Shown here one piece after another: positions 37,901 to 51,642 of a stretch of 64,000 bases of DNA. The translations under genes were made by a program, and so were the position numbers. The DNA lies in NCBI RefSeq assembly GCF_902652985.1, contig NC_047015.1:32488001-32552000 (forward strand). The letters run 5' to 3'. Each line of letters begins with the position of its first letter. The stretch's first letter is position 1. This DNA comes from Pecten maximus (lineage: Eukaryota). The notes beneath the pieces are model-generated. The model made no database searches and was not told where the DNA came from. It worked only from the letters and a program-made list of their open reading frames with translations.

Positions 37901-39797
37901 ACAGCTGTTTTAACCTTCTAGGACTCGTCAAGGATTTTAAGTACCTAAGATATTGATACATAGGAGTCAACGGAAGAAACTCAACACAGGTCAACAAAAT
38001 ATCAGAATCTGGATTGGGGAAGTGAAACAGTGCAGTAAAATTACATATTTTTTATATTGGATAGAAAAGATAGAAACTTCTCAAAAGAAGAAAGGGAAGG
38101 AGTCCCCGTTTGATAATGAAGATGGTACTTTACAGAAGCCAAAGCCAAATTTCTGAGATTTAAAGATAGATAAAAAGATATTTTGAGTTATTCAAAACTC
38201 CACACGCTGTTTCCGCTGGTGTACATTTTGTAAGTTTTACTTAGAACGTTACTTAGACAAAGAAGGCACGTTTTTATTTTTTATCAAAAACTACTATTTT
38301 AAAATATTGTAATACAAAACATGACCGGCTGGTATTTCGTTTATCGAGGAAAAAACCGAATGTTATAAAAGTCGAATTCATTCCCTTGATATCAAGGAAG
38401 ACAAACTCGTTATGTACACAAGGAATATAGAAGGGGTTCACAGGCGATGTTAGGTTTAATTGAAACCACGAATAAACACAAGTGTTTGGTTTTCATTTTG
38501 TATTCCAAACTATTGATTTTTTTTCAATAGATACGCCTAATATATATTCAACCTACCACTCTGAATGTTTTGTCCATTCAGTATACTCATATTTTGATAT
38601 TACAAACCCACAAGAGGACACGTAATTTTTTTATTAGATCACTTCTAATTAGTTTTCTCGAAATCCAAATTTCATCTACTTAATTGAATACCAGCAACAT
38701 TTTTATAGCTAAATGCATTCACGTCTAAGATATGCGCAATCGGAAAAAAAGCTTATTGATGTTTACAAATTGTGACGATAGTCACACGCCGTGTATCTTG
38801 ACTAACGTCATACATATTTTTCTCGTTGGATTTCATGTCGAATGCACATATAAATATGTATTTATATCGACAATCTACCCTAATCATTATCCAACTTTAG
38901 AACGCAATTATACAAGATGACGCACATAAAGTGCCGTACCTATCAAAGCATTAGATAGTCATCTTCACATTTATATAATGTGGTGTGCTATAAATGTACA
39001 ATCAACATGCTAACATAAATGGACGTGTCTGATTTTATGTTCTATCTCCATAAACACGAAGAGATTATTACGAATAGGTTTTATGTGTATGTATATCGTG
39101 CTTCAATCGAGTCGCTATTATATCGAATGTATATATCAAACGGATTTATAAATGGGATCTAATTGAAACAGGTTAAAAACCCTTTTTATCGATCTACAAT
39201 ATCTCCGTCAAATATTTCAATATGTACATATACATTGCATATCAGGCAAAATATATAACATCAGACAAATTGTAATATCTAGCATCAGGCAAAGTATATT
39301 AATACTTCCATGAATTTGCTTTGTCAAGAGACAGTTAGACAAAAGATACTGTCTCCCTTCTGAAATACATTGAAATGAGACATGAGCTGCGTAACAGTTT
39401 AACCATCACCGCCTCAAATACTGTCACTAGAACGCTTTACTTCTATGACGATATCAACGGAGCGCTCATTTACAACAGATTTGTAAAAAGCAGAAACAAA
39501 CTGTCAACAGGTCGAGGTTTGCTCTTTCGCTCCTGTTTCAGAGCAGGATATGGAGGATTCGAAAAAAACACGCAAAGAATAGTAAACACACAGCGTGAAG
39601 GCTTTCTACCGTTCCTTGGGGAGGAAAACACATTTGAAGTGTTTTCCAAAGATGTTTTTTAAGGAAAATTTAAGAAACTGTTTTGCTTCGGTAACATTAT
39701 ACTTTATTGCTAATTAAATGAATATTCAGACACAAGATTGGTGTGAAGAGTTTTAATTAGGATATTGTTATCATTATGACTTTCGGGATAATAAAAC

Positions 39798-39907
39798 AAA
39801 TATTACATTCTTTAGTATGTGACAGTGGATATTGTCAACCCTCGGAATCCCATTGTCACTCTCGGGTTGACAATATCCACTGTCACATGCTAAAGAATGT
39901 AATATTT
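39798..39907. repeat. Long palindrome (44-bp arms, one mismatch, 22-nt loop)
   Basis: AAATATTACATTCTTTAG(T/C)ATGTGACAGTGGATATTGTCAACCC and its reverse complement. Confidence 0.9.
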
Positions 39908-41117
39908 ATATAATATATAACAATAGACAGCGTATAATATATAACAAACCTCATAGTAGTAGTAGTTCTCTTTCTGTATTTGGCAAAGTAATGAATATAC
40001 TTTTTTGTACATGTGTATATCGTGTATCTCTTTATGTTAATAACATCCTTGTTTACAACAGACCATGGTTACATTACTATATTTGTACTTATTGGGAGTC
40101 TCCATGCAGATCTAAATTTTGACCTTTATTCATGTTTACTTCCGTCGCCATTTATTTGAAACCTGTAGATTTGTCTTTTCAATCTTATTTGGAATGTTCT
40201 ATTTCCTTGCGTGAAGACTGATATGTTCTTTGCTCAGCAATGCATGCAATGAAATGATTAAATGTAAACCCCTTATGCGATGTCGTTAGATGTTCATGTA
40301 ACGTAGTGAGGATGGCCATATCTAGATTTTAATTAGACTGAATACCCATGCAAATACTTTAACATGAAATACCCTTCATATATGAGTCTTGAGGTGTTTT
40401 AACAAATAGTAAATTTCATGATCCTGGGTCTCTCGTTTCCCCCTTGGAAGGGGATAAACTTTCCTCTGTAGCTTATATAGGAAAATGACATTTTAATCAT
40501 CTTTTATTTAATTGCCAATTGAAATAATTCTGTTAGAATTTTCTGTATTGGATGGCAGACTGATGGTGTTCATAAATCGACCCTAACTGACGCCCAGGGA
40601 CTGGTTGGCAGAGTCAAAATGGATTTAATTGACTGAAGTTTAAAACAAAATCTTCTTGTCAAAACCCAGATATGATCAGATACTCTGCATAGATGAAAGA
40701 GTTTTAAGATGGTTTACCAAAACTGTGTAACATTCCTATTTTTTTTTTTTTTTTTTTTTTTAAATCAACGATGAATCAGGAAACTGTAGAGGCCCATATG
40801 TCTTTCGTTACTTTATTTCATTATTTTAAAGTTATGTTGTGATCTAAGAGGACACGATGAAATGGTGACAATTCCTAAAGTATACGGTTGATCTTGTATG
40901 GATGGCTTTACTTCTTCTGTATAGGTAATATGTTACTATCAACTAGATATGTAATTCTTAATTTCAATAAAGTAAGGCCAATGACCGAAGTTCTATTAAC
41001 CTGGACGGAACAACACTTAATTACATATTTAGATAGTTAGAATGTACATTGATGTATTTCCTTATCCACCCACTAATAATGTGATGTTATACTTAAGCAT
41101 GCCTTGTGAATAAGGAA

Positions 41118-41203
41118 ACGGATGTTGCTGTAGGGCCTTTTATCACATTTTATATGACGTATACGGATGTTGCTGTAGGGCCTTTTATCACATTTTTTAT
41201 GAC
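41118..41203. repeat. 45-bp period direct duplication
   Basis: ACGGATGTTGCTGTAGGGCCTTTTATCACATTTT(A/T)TATGACG twice. Confidence 0.85.
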
Positions 41204-42291
41204 GCGTGGTATTGTTGATTCTTGCGTGAAAAACAAATCACAAATATATCATACACAAACACCGATATTATTCCAGTCAGAACACTTATAATATGATATT
41301 GAACCAGTTATATCTGGGCTCTATTAGCTAAAACATATTTTATTCAATAACATTTCATATCTTGATTTTTTATCGGAACTGGCACACTATGATTTTTTCT
41401 CGTATATCTGATAACAATCAAAACGGCTCGGTAAAATCACTGGAATGTGATATATATACAGATTGTTTACTTTATGATATATCCATGTGTTATATGCTTG
41501 TGTAAATGCCCATTAACGGACAGGGCATTATATACAAACAACATCAGTACACATTTATAATATTAGTGTGTTTTAACTAAACAAAAATATTAGCCTAGCA
41601 TGTAGAGATCTCTGTTGCCATTTATAAGCAATCACAAACCGTGCTTCACATAAAAATTGGATATTTTTTGAGCTTATAATTATGTTGGTACCGGCCACAG
41701 ATTACTTTCATTGTCCAACTGACACTCTAATGGAATAAGCACATTTGGCCTTTTTACAAGTCTCTCACATTCTGTACTCCGTGAAGCCTTATATTGGTCT
41801 ATCGAATGTGCCCTTTGATCCCTAGTGTTCTTAGGAGTAAGTAATAACTTGATAAAAATAAACGACTTTCTCCGGTCGGATTTGGGTTCTCCCATTTAAG
41901 GTTTGAATATGCTCTTATACTCTCATATTATAAATCTAAACAGTCCCCTCTGTCCAAAGGTCGTTATCTGGTTTGGTTATATGATACTGTTCCGATCAAA
42001 TATTTACAGATATGATTAACGTCACCTTTAAAGCGTCGGAGCGTACTGTATATTCCATAAAGACGTATTCCGCTAATCGTCTTATGCTAAAGTAAAGAAT
42101 TAATATTATATAATGCGCAAAATCAATCATGTTCCGGACATGTATAATCACTCAACAATACAAACAACATAATGTTTTATTAAACAGCAATGTACACACT
42201 CCTAATCCTATTACAAAGTCCATACGATTATGTGTATATATCAGCACATTTCGATACGGTTTCATGTATATCATACATTGTAACCAATATC

Positions 42292-42852
42292 TAAGGATTG
42301 AATCTTGATTTGGTCGATTTCATGGGGTCATGAATTGAATTGCTTTTGAGACAAATTTAATGAACTGCAAAGCAAGTTCATTTTGAATTTGTCTCAAGAG
42401 CAACTCAATTCATGACCCCATGAAATCGACCAAATCAAGGTTCAATCCTTATATTTCAATTGTTTTTTTTTTTTTCGAATAAAAAGTCGGTCTAGATATT
42501 AATGTCTCGAAGCTTATGCAAGTCCAAATGGGGAAAAGCCCGAGGAGTCTAGTCGGTCGAGTAAAATAGTCCGCAATATTAGGATTAAAAACAGCATTAT
42601 TTTGTCAAAATAGAAGTATTTAGCATCTCTGGTCTTTTATAAAATACAAGAATACATTATAAATTTGATAATTTTAATAATTATTCCATGTTTATAACAA
42701 CAATGTGGAAATAGTGAAATCGTTCCGCGGAAGGATTTTAACCATGTATTCATACGCACTGATCAGTGTTAATCTGGTCAAATTCATGAGCAAATGAAAC
42801 AGATTAAGTTTGATAGTTTCATTGAGTCCAACTTGAGTAGAAATTGGAATAT
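42292..42852. mobile_element. Non-autonomous hairpin element (160-bp palindrome plus body bounded by short inverted repeat)
   Basis: Arms of ~75 bp at 42292-42451. ATATTTCAATT (42451) pairs with AATTGGAATAT (42842). The family (Crypton-like) is an inference. Confidence 0.6.
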
Positions 42853-43180
42853 ATGGCAAATGAAATAAAATGTTTGAGTAATGAATAGCTTTTTAAAGCT
42901 TAAAATGAAATTTCAATGGGCTTTGCATCATATGAGAAATGATAGTCTTAATTATTAACCAAAATAGCCAAAATCAGATACAATATTGAATAATGTTTAA
43001 ACTTTAACACCAGTCATGATTTTATGGTTTGTCTCTGCATCCATTTTGATAAAGTAGGGAGGGGGTTTATGGAGTAAATAATGTTATCAAAGTTAGATTA
43101 TTTTGAAGAAAGCAATATGACAATGAATTAGGAATGCTATTAAATGGCATGAATAGTGTATGATAACACAAGCTTTAGAC

Positions 43181-45187
43181 CTATTTTGCTGCTGGAAATC
43201 TGTATTGATCATTCAACAAACATCCTACAGAAAATTCCGAAAAAAGAATTTCTGCTGCCTGATATCCACTTGCTGCACAACATATGGCGATGGGGATGAA
43301 ATGTTCACTGGTAGGATGTGCCTTCGAAAATGTCTTCACTTTTTTATATTCCAGAAACTTAGTTTTTCTCTCACTAGCGCTGTATTTTGAGTTAGACAAC
43401 ACATTATGAATCCATTCCTTGAACGGCTCTGCCCACATTAACCCCTCGGGAGACAATCCCCCGTGTGTAGCAAATCCGCTTCCTATCACCAGTACATTTT
43501 CCTTACATAGGTCCGACAATGCCTCTCCAATCTTCAGGTGTTCACTCATGTCCAGGCTATTAAGGAGCGACACTTGTATCACTAGTAAAAGAAATCAATA
43601 AAAAAAATTGTCATTTGACATTTCAAATCTTCATTAATAATATTTTAAGCATTTTTCGCTTGTATAATTTTTCGGGAAATTGATAACGTTATCTTTCTTT
43701 AAAATATATGCTACCCGTTAATTAACACATTCGATTTTGTGTGGATGATTTAGCATTGAGTTAATACAAAATCGCCAGATCATCAGAGTGCTCTCCCATG
43801 TCTAAACATTCACTCAACTGAAACAAATTCACTGTTAGAACCAGGAGGTTCATAAGAACAACATACCGACATAATAACAAAACAATTTGGTTCATTTAAG
43901 ACTTATTAAAGTGACGTTTTAAATAATTAAAAAAAGAAAATTTGTATTCAAATATGAAGTGGTCCTGAAACATTGTATATATGAGGAAATGGAAAATAAG
44001 TCGATATATCTCTTATATATGTTCAAAAGATGGATTGATTCCAGTTTTTGCTCGATACTGTTAAGCTGTCTTGGGTACGGTTGATAGTGTTTTAGGCACA
44101 GCGTATGGTAGACTTACTTAACATTACATCTATGTAAGAATGGAGTAAATGATAGCAGCAAGTGGTAATTGGACTTGGGAGTTTATGCAGAATAAAAATA
44201 AGTAGTTTCCCCTATGTCACATATTATCATTCCAACAGTACATTGGGTTGTGTAGGGTCATTTTTCTCATACCAATGTTTGTTCCTCCAATCGCGTCCTT
44301 TCATGTATCTTCATACAAGATTTCTCAATAACTACTTTCATATAACAGTGACTTGAATTATAATTATTATTTTGATTAAAGACTTAGTAGGGGTAAAATC
44401 CAGTGATCGGATGATATTAGAGAACATATGAAATAACTTTTGTAACTCCTTGCCGCTTAGCCTCAGTTTGATGGTGAACCTGTGTCTTCACGCTAAACAG
44501 GTAGGTCGGCAAAAGTTAAGTTTGCTGCAATACTTTTGAAAAACACTGAGATGGTTAAATTAGTGACTACATAGATCCAGTTAAAATCCAGGGAACAAAA
44601 TCAAACAGAATTTGTTTTCGTTTTCTCAATTAAATCAAACAATATAAGTAAATGTTGTTCAAAAATGATATTATTGCGTCCCCATTTTCTTCAAAACTGT
44701 GTTTTAACATTGATTACTTAGTAAATGGATATATTACCCTCGATAACGTACCTGGAATATCAGCCGCCGGGAACACTAGTTTTAAGGGTACGAACACACC
44801 ATGATCCAATCCCCGCTTCTTCTCCTCCTTACACTCGATTCCTCCTGCCTCTAGTAATTCCTTGACCCTCCTGGCAACATCCAGATCCCCAGTTACTGGC
44901 CACTCAAGTGTGTAGGTCTCTGGTGGGAACCCGCCATAGTCGTATAACAGGGAGTGCTTGTCATTTGTGTTGATACAACAGGTCTCTTCCTGCCAATGTG
45001 CACTCAACACAACAAGGGCTCTGGGAGGTTTGATATGATTGTCAGACACAAAGCTTTTCAAAACTCTTGCTGCTTTGGAATTTTTGTCTAAACCTTTGAA
45101 CATCGGTGCCTGTTCGGCATCCATATAAAACGAAGGACCAGCCCCATGAGACAGGAATATTATGGGCTGGATCGAATTTGCAGTCAT
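43181..45187 (-). CDS. DODA: LigB-family / 4,5-DOPA extradiol dioxygenase-like, copy 2 (intact, 278 aa)
   Basis: Exons 45187-44752 and 43581-43181 with the same phase-1 intron as copy 1; splice acceptor 4 nt upstream of the ATG. Motifs FLSHGAGP, SAHW, YDYGGFPPETY, RGLDHGVFVPL, PVIQVSL, IGSGFATH and AHPTSEHFIP. The symbol denotes the family, not proven activity. Confidence 0.92.
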
Positions 45188-48100
45188 TTGCCTGTAGGAA
45201 AATAAGAATGTAGCTATCAAACCTTTTTAAAGATTATATTAAATCAAATGTTTCTTTTTTGCACATTTACATATATGTCTCGTTCTAATTTTATTAACAT
45301 GTATTTTATATATTATTAGACGATAGCTTATTGGCAGATAACTTGTATATGTATTGTTCAAAAATGCCTGATATGCTGAAACCCTTGAGAAATTGTGTGT
45401 ACTATAAATTATTGGGCTGTGACAGTTTTAGGGAGAAATAAATACTTTATTTGATATATATAATGTTATTATCAGAAGATAAGGATGTTTTCACGATACC
45501 TCTTGCATGTGCTTTACTAGAGAATAACACATTTTTATATATTGATTTAATAAATAATCTATAAAATTGAATTAATTAGTATTTATAAGTATTTATAAAG
45601 TATTCTGTCGGAAATTATGAAAAGGACTATGATATTAACTTGATTAAATTATTACTGCCAAGTATCAAATCTTATTCAATACATCTTCGAAAACTCCCTT
45701 AATGAGATAGGGTTACACAATCTTTTTACCTTTTAATGTACTGAAAGTTATTCTTTCTCTTTATGTTCATTGTTTTACTTGTACTCTTTATTTGTCACGT
45801 TTATTCGAATTATTTACTTATGTATTTGTTGAATGTACATGAATGTAACATGATAATTAATACTGTATGTACACTGTATATATAATGCATAAACGATTAA
45901 TAATACATATTGATTAATATGTTATTACTGAAGCTAAATAATGCATGTATGTGTGAATTAACTAAAAATTGCCTTTGTACGAATGCATACGATACTTGAT
46001 AACGGATGTAAGGTATGTGTGTAGTTGTGTCTGAATTCAGTAATATAAGCAAATTGCGAATCGGTCTCTTCTTGGATACACAGTATACGTGTATATATTA
46101 TTATGCTTATCTTAAAAAATCTTTCAAGAAGAAAATAATGATAATAATAAATCTTCGAATATTGACAATTATGAATCCTTCAAAACAACTATTTTTTCAT
46201 AATAGGATTAGATACACCCACCGGTTTAATGTATATACATCCCAGTGTGATATGCGTACGGGGCAACATTTGTGACTGATGAACACAAGTGACTGATGAT
46301 CGCATGACCATTTATCATAATATCATATTGGCCTCCGCTGTAAATATACATTGAAGTACTTTGTTTGATTGACATTTTCCATCCGAGTGCTGATCTTCCT
46401 CCCATTCATATTACCATTTACATTTAATTTACATATTACTTCCGTGCTGTAGAGCTCAGTTTCATTATAAACGTGTGTATCAAATAAAAACCAGAAAAAA
46501 ATATGTGTGGTGATTTATTGGCTCACATTCTTTATGTTGATTTTGCTAATTGAAAAATTCCAATTAATAATTACAATTCGTAGAATTATATGTATGAAAT
46601 ATATCAGCAAAGGTGAGCGGAAGAAAAATTAGTCAGCCAAAAATGACTATATATAAATATAGTGAAGCACATTTAAGCGCTTAAAATACTACAGGTATTT
46701 TGATTAACACAATCTTAACAAATATATTAACAAACCTGAACTTTTTTGTATCTAAAATAAATAAGCTTGTAAATAATATTTTATTATTATAAAGTAGACG
46801 TTGCTATTTACATGTATTGTTAGTGTGCTTTGAGGTGGTATTGCTACCATCGGCATTTATCGTCAAGTGATGGATTGGATAATTGGATAAATAAAAATGA
46901 TATACCATAAAAAGCTAAAGAGTAAACATGATAAGACAACTTAGAACTGTAAAAGATTAGATGGTGACTGTGAGTGTAAGAAGCGACAACTCTGGGTAGA
47001 GCTTGAATAAACAACACCATGCGTGCTGTGAATTATCTCTCTTTGTTTACAAATATATATCCTATTTACTTCCGGTTTTTTTCTAATAACCCAACGAGTG
47101 TTTCCCTTTGATATCAATGCATGTATAAATCCTGATGAACCCTTCCTTGCAAATATATCACCAACAATAACTCTCAATTTTCACTACTTATACTACCAAT
47201 GGTCTTCGATATAGAATCTCTCATATCTGGTCGTGTTTACAAATGTCAATCGGCCTGTTAGAATATCAATTGTCTCATAAATAACTTCATAAATCGATTA
47301 TATCATATCTTACATTTAACGCTGTTTTGATTACCTTTTAAACATCCACAGTTTCCTGCTCATCAACGTTCTGTGCACACTTTGATAAAGCCTGCAAAGA
47401 GGGATCACTTGCGTATGGTTTATGTTCTAAATATTCAACTCTGCTAGCTGGCAAGATGCCAGGTCATAGACATAATGCAATGTTTAACAGGTATACCTAC
47501 ACTCCAATTGATTCGTTACTCGAATAGATACTTCTGATAAACACGGACAACTAGGGTGTTGTTTAGGATTGAATCTTAATATAATTTAATAAAAAAAAAA
47601 CATAGCTTTCAAAATAAGTACCTGATAGCAAAACTGAATTTCTATTTTTACTATTGTAACGCTGTATGTTCCCGCTCCTTTGGAATAACGTGCCGTTAAA
47701 ACAAAAAGAAAAAACATGTTCATTTGTAACTATATTTTACTGCACTTTTGGAAGTTTAGGATAAGTTACACGAACAATATTTTAATACCAGTTTGCTATG
47801 AATTAGTTGTTCCACAGACAGGTACAGTAAATAGTCTCAAACAATAACAACAAAGAACATCGACATATAAACATATCAACTGTAAATTGTAACCCTAATA
47901 ACGAGGACAAAATATGAAAACTATCTCCTGGATCTAGCCAATAGATAAATGTAAACCAATAAGTTACCCACTGATGAAAATTTATTATATGGATACTCTA
48001 AAAATACCAGACAAGAATTCCACTAACATCTGAAATATAACTCTATAGCACTAAACAGAAACATTATATCTACGACAAAGACCACCGACAATAAGATATA

Positions 48101-49012
48101 ACAAACTCAATATGTTATAATGTTTTCTGTCTTCCATTTTAGCTGGAGTCATAATTGTCAAGTTTCCACACGGTAAGCTTCTCATACATCTATCCGTTTT
48201 ATACCCTTTTTTAATATTACCTTAAAATAAAAAATCATAATATATAAAACAAATCTATGCATAGCCATTTGCATCGATTTTTTCTTTTTGCTGTACTCAT
48301 ATATCTTGGCAATATTATTCGATATCAGCTAAGTATGTATTAATTAGTCCAGCAATTATTTTAAAATAGGGATACAAACAAAACAAAGTAGAAGCAAGAA
48401 ACTAATTTCAACATAATGTAACCATCGTACTCCACAATAATTTCATCTATATCATATTAGAAAAGTAATACCAAAATCAATCTTCGAGAAAGTCTTTCAT
48501 CCTAGGAACAAACAATTACATGTTACCGCAAACTCATATTAGGAGACAGTGTACGGCAGAGTAATTACCAATTTAGTAGCATTAAGAATCAATCATTTCA
48601 AAAAGAAATAAATTAAAATACAATGTATTTGACAAAATATCGGTAACCCCAATAAAAATGTATGTTCGATTTATGAAAACATTTGTGATGACCTCCATTT
48701 GCCTTTTCCGATATATACTGCAGAATGCATACATGTAAATATTTGTAACATAGGTCTAACATTCCAAACCAAATGATATGAAAAAATCAATCAAGTTTTG
48801 TTAACTTGAATCAAGCATGTGAATCTAATGAGGTAATGACATCGGAACCACCATACATATGCAATATATGTATATTTCCATCGATACCAGGTGTTCAGGA
48901 AGGGTGAGGTATGGCTTCATAATAATTAAAAATGACGACATATTTGTGTTCATTGCATTGACATGTAATCGACAGGTTTCCACTTCATTTGAACTCTAAT
49001 ATATTAGTATCT

Positions 49013-49399
49013 TTTATCCTGCAACTGCCACCGCATTGTCGGAATACACCCACCGTATATATTTTTGCTGTATACGGCAGTGACGGAAAACAGCTGTATT
49101 TTGGAATCTTAGCACGTGCGTCAGTTCGACTGACCTACTTCAAAGTGAAACTACGTTTAAAAGGCGAACATATTTCTGTCTTTTTTGACACCGTTTCACT
49201 TAAAAATGATTATTTTTGATGATTATTTTAATGACTGTTGCAGGATAAATAGAATACATGGTCAGTGTCTTAAAATGTAAGCTGTATTTTTGGCTCGGGG
49301 CAGAAAGACAAAAGTGGCTCGCCAAGGCTCGCCACTTCTTGTCTTTCTTTACCCTCGCCAAAATACAGCTTATATTTTAAGACACTGACCATGTATTCT
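49013..49399. mobile_element. Non-autonomous hairpin element (short inverted-repeat body plus 149-bp imperfect palindrome)
   Basis: TTTATCCTGCAAC (49013) / GTTGCAGGATAAA (49237) followed by palindrome 49251-49399 (AGAATACATGGTCAGTGTCTTAAAAT... / ...ATTTTAAGACACTGACCATGTATTCT). Confidence 0.65.
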
Positions 49400-50307
49400 C
49401 TATTTCTATGTCAAATACTATCAGATGAATTGGTTCGATTGTTCCTGTTTGTCGACCTTCGGGGAATACTTTTGAGATAGATATGGCCAGATGATATAAC
49501 GTTATCAACACTCCACACAACCACTGTTGTGGTTAATAAACCACAGTTCTTCTAATACGGAAATACGGTTGTCGGTTCTTCCAGCCTTACCTACCACAAA
49601 GCAATGCTGTAACAACCGAATCGCGAGGACGCAGCAAACTTTCTCATCTGCTCTACGTCTCAACAGGACAATGAAGTTAGCTAACGAAAATGTCACGAAG
49701 AGTCGACATTAGCGAGACACTCCTTTCTTATGTGAATTTGCTAATGAATTAAGTATAAATAATGATCATTCCATCTGATATGGAATGCATATCAGAAAAA
49801 GTTCCAAATTTCGGCTTTAACACCGCCTTCAAACAGTCCAGGATTGAACAATGCATAATACCGTTAGGCGAAAATATAGAAACCCAACTGATTAACTGGT
49901 ACGATAATATTGCAGCAATATCTCTATCGACACCATATTTTACCAGAAAAATTAACCACGACTCACAAAAACTATGGCGTCATGACATTCGTTGATTTTT
50001 TATGATAAAGAATCAGATCTGATATTAGAAAAGGTGTGCATTATATAATCTTAAACAACAACAGGAAGAAAAATAACAAACATTCTGCAAAGTGTACCGA
50101 AATAATGACTGCTGTGTTAATTGATTCATCAATAGAATATCAAGCTATAATATATCCAATGGAATGGTAACACTTTGATATTGACTCAAATGATAAAATT
50201 TCTCGAGTTGATGTCCCAATGGTAATTGTGATCCGCATACGCCGATTGCTTTAATTATCTAACACTTTCCAATGTAATGTGAACACTTTATAGTGTAACG
50301 CTTCACT

Positions 50308-51642
50308 TCAATTTACATTGGCGCAGATGAAATATGAAACGGTGGTAGCGATGGTGAAAGAAAAGAAAAGAAAGAACAACAACGTATCAACGATCTTCGC
50401 CGCCATGTGCCAGGTAACTACTTCCGGTTGATGATCAGGAATCATGGGTACGTTGTCAGTGGTAGGTTTCTCTTGACCTTGTGACATAGGTAGTATACTA
50501 GTGTAAAATAGGTCATGATTCCGTTTTGAAGAATCCACATCAAGTATATGGTTGTTATCTAATCCATTGTTTGTTTTACTGTCGCTTCCATCAGGTCTGT
50601 GTAGTCGTTCGCTAGTGTTTACTTTTTTGCGCCTGAATATGTTTTGAGTGTACAAGTACAATGTCCGTACCCATTCAGGAACTGGTTCATCCTCATCGTG
50701 TTTACTGTATGTTCTTATTTGAAATATATTCACCGTTACTATGACGACGCTGATGCCAACCAATGAAAGTAGATAATAGGAAATATAAGACATTGGTTGT
50801 GATGAAGCAGGCATCCTGTCACTCACCACAGTCATATACACAGTAAAGGCTAGTAACACTGTGATACTATACGAAGCCCTTTCTCCGGAGTTAAATGGCA
50901 GGAGAAAAACGAACAGGTTCACAAAAGCCAGCATAATGACAGGTATCACAACACTCACCAGAAAATTCATATGACGTCTTTCGATGGTTATAAAGAACTC
51001 CGCAATATCAAATGATCCCGACCAAAGATATGTTAGTGACGCTTTCACATCCCATTCACTATTCATATGAAAATAATTGAACAGAATAGTAGAAGAAGGT
51101 ATCTTGAGCTTCACCTGTTGACTCGAGTATCCCCACGGGCTTAGTTGTAGTTGACATGTTTGTTGATCGAATGGATATCTGTATACATTTGGTGTACAAG
51201 TGGCCGTCAACAAAGCACCTGGTGTCCATGTAACATCACCATTTGAAGATAATGAGACTTTGAAATGTTTATTGCTAATTGGTTGAAGAGAATCTGCTGG
51301 GTTACATAAAAACATTTCTGGTATCCATAATTTGCTCTGTGGAAACGTCAGTGATGTTGTATTCCCGAACGAGGTGGAATTCCACACCAAACTTTCATCA
51401 TTCCAGGAAATATACAAGATGACAACCATCGATATCGTTCCTGCAACATCATCAAAGTCATTGATGGAGACAATATCGAGGTCGATGTTTACAGTTATGG
51501 GTTTTGACTGGTCTTCTACTGGTCGGATGTCTTTGGAATAATTTTGAAACAAATCTTGTAATAATAATTTACTCTTCTCTATTGTAGTCGCTTCGACAAC
51601 TATGCTACTTAGAACTGTGATAAGCAAGGGGAATATATCCAT
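50308..51642 (-). CDS. Intronless nicotinic acetylcholine receptor-like (Cys-loop cation channel) subunit, copy 1, 444 aa
   Basis: Probable start MDIFPLL (signal peptide, aligns with the paralogue starts). IRPV, Cys-loop CTPNVYRYPFDQQTC, M1-M4, and M2 entry SGERASYSITVLLAFTVY. No vicinal CC in loop C. Confidence 0.93.
   Translation of the reverse strand: MDIFPLLITVLSSIVVEATTIEKSKLLLQDLFQNYSKDIRPVEDQSKPITVNIDLDIVSINDFDDVAGTISMVVILYISWNDESLVWNSTSFGNTTSLTFPQSKLWIPEMFLCNPADSLQPISNKHFKVSLSSNGDVTWTPGALLTATCTPNVYRYPFDQQTCQLQLSPWGYSSQQVKLKIPSSTILFNYFHMNSEWDVKASLTYLWSGSFDIAEFFITIERRHMNFLVSVVIPVIMLAFVNLFVFLLPFNSGERASYSITVLLAFTVYMTVVSDRMPASSQPMSYISYYLLSLVGISVVIVTVNIFQIRTYSKHDEDEPVPEWVRTLYLYTQNIFRRKKVNTSERLHRPDGSDSKTNNGLDNNHILDVDSSKRNHDLFYTSILPMSQGQEKPTTDNVPMIPDHQPEVVTWHMAAKIVDTLLFFLFFSFTIATTVSYFICANVN

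Noticed and set aside
25119-45187. Bacterial contamination as the source of the dioxygenase genes
   Set aside because: Both genes have GT-AG introns at the same position and are embedded among animal genes and repeats.
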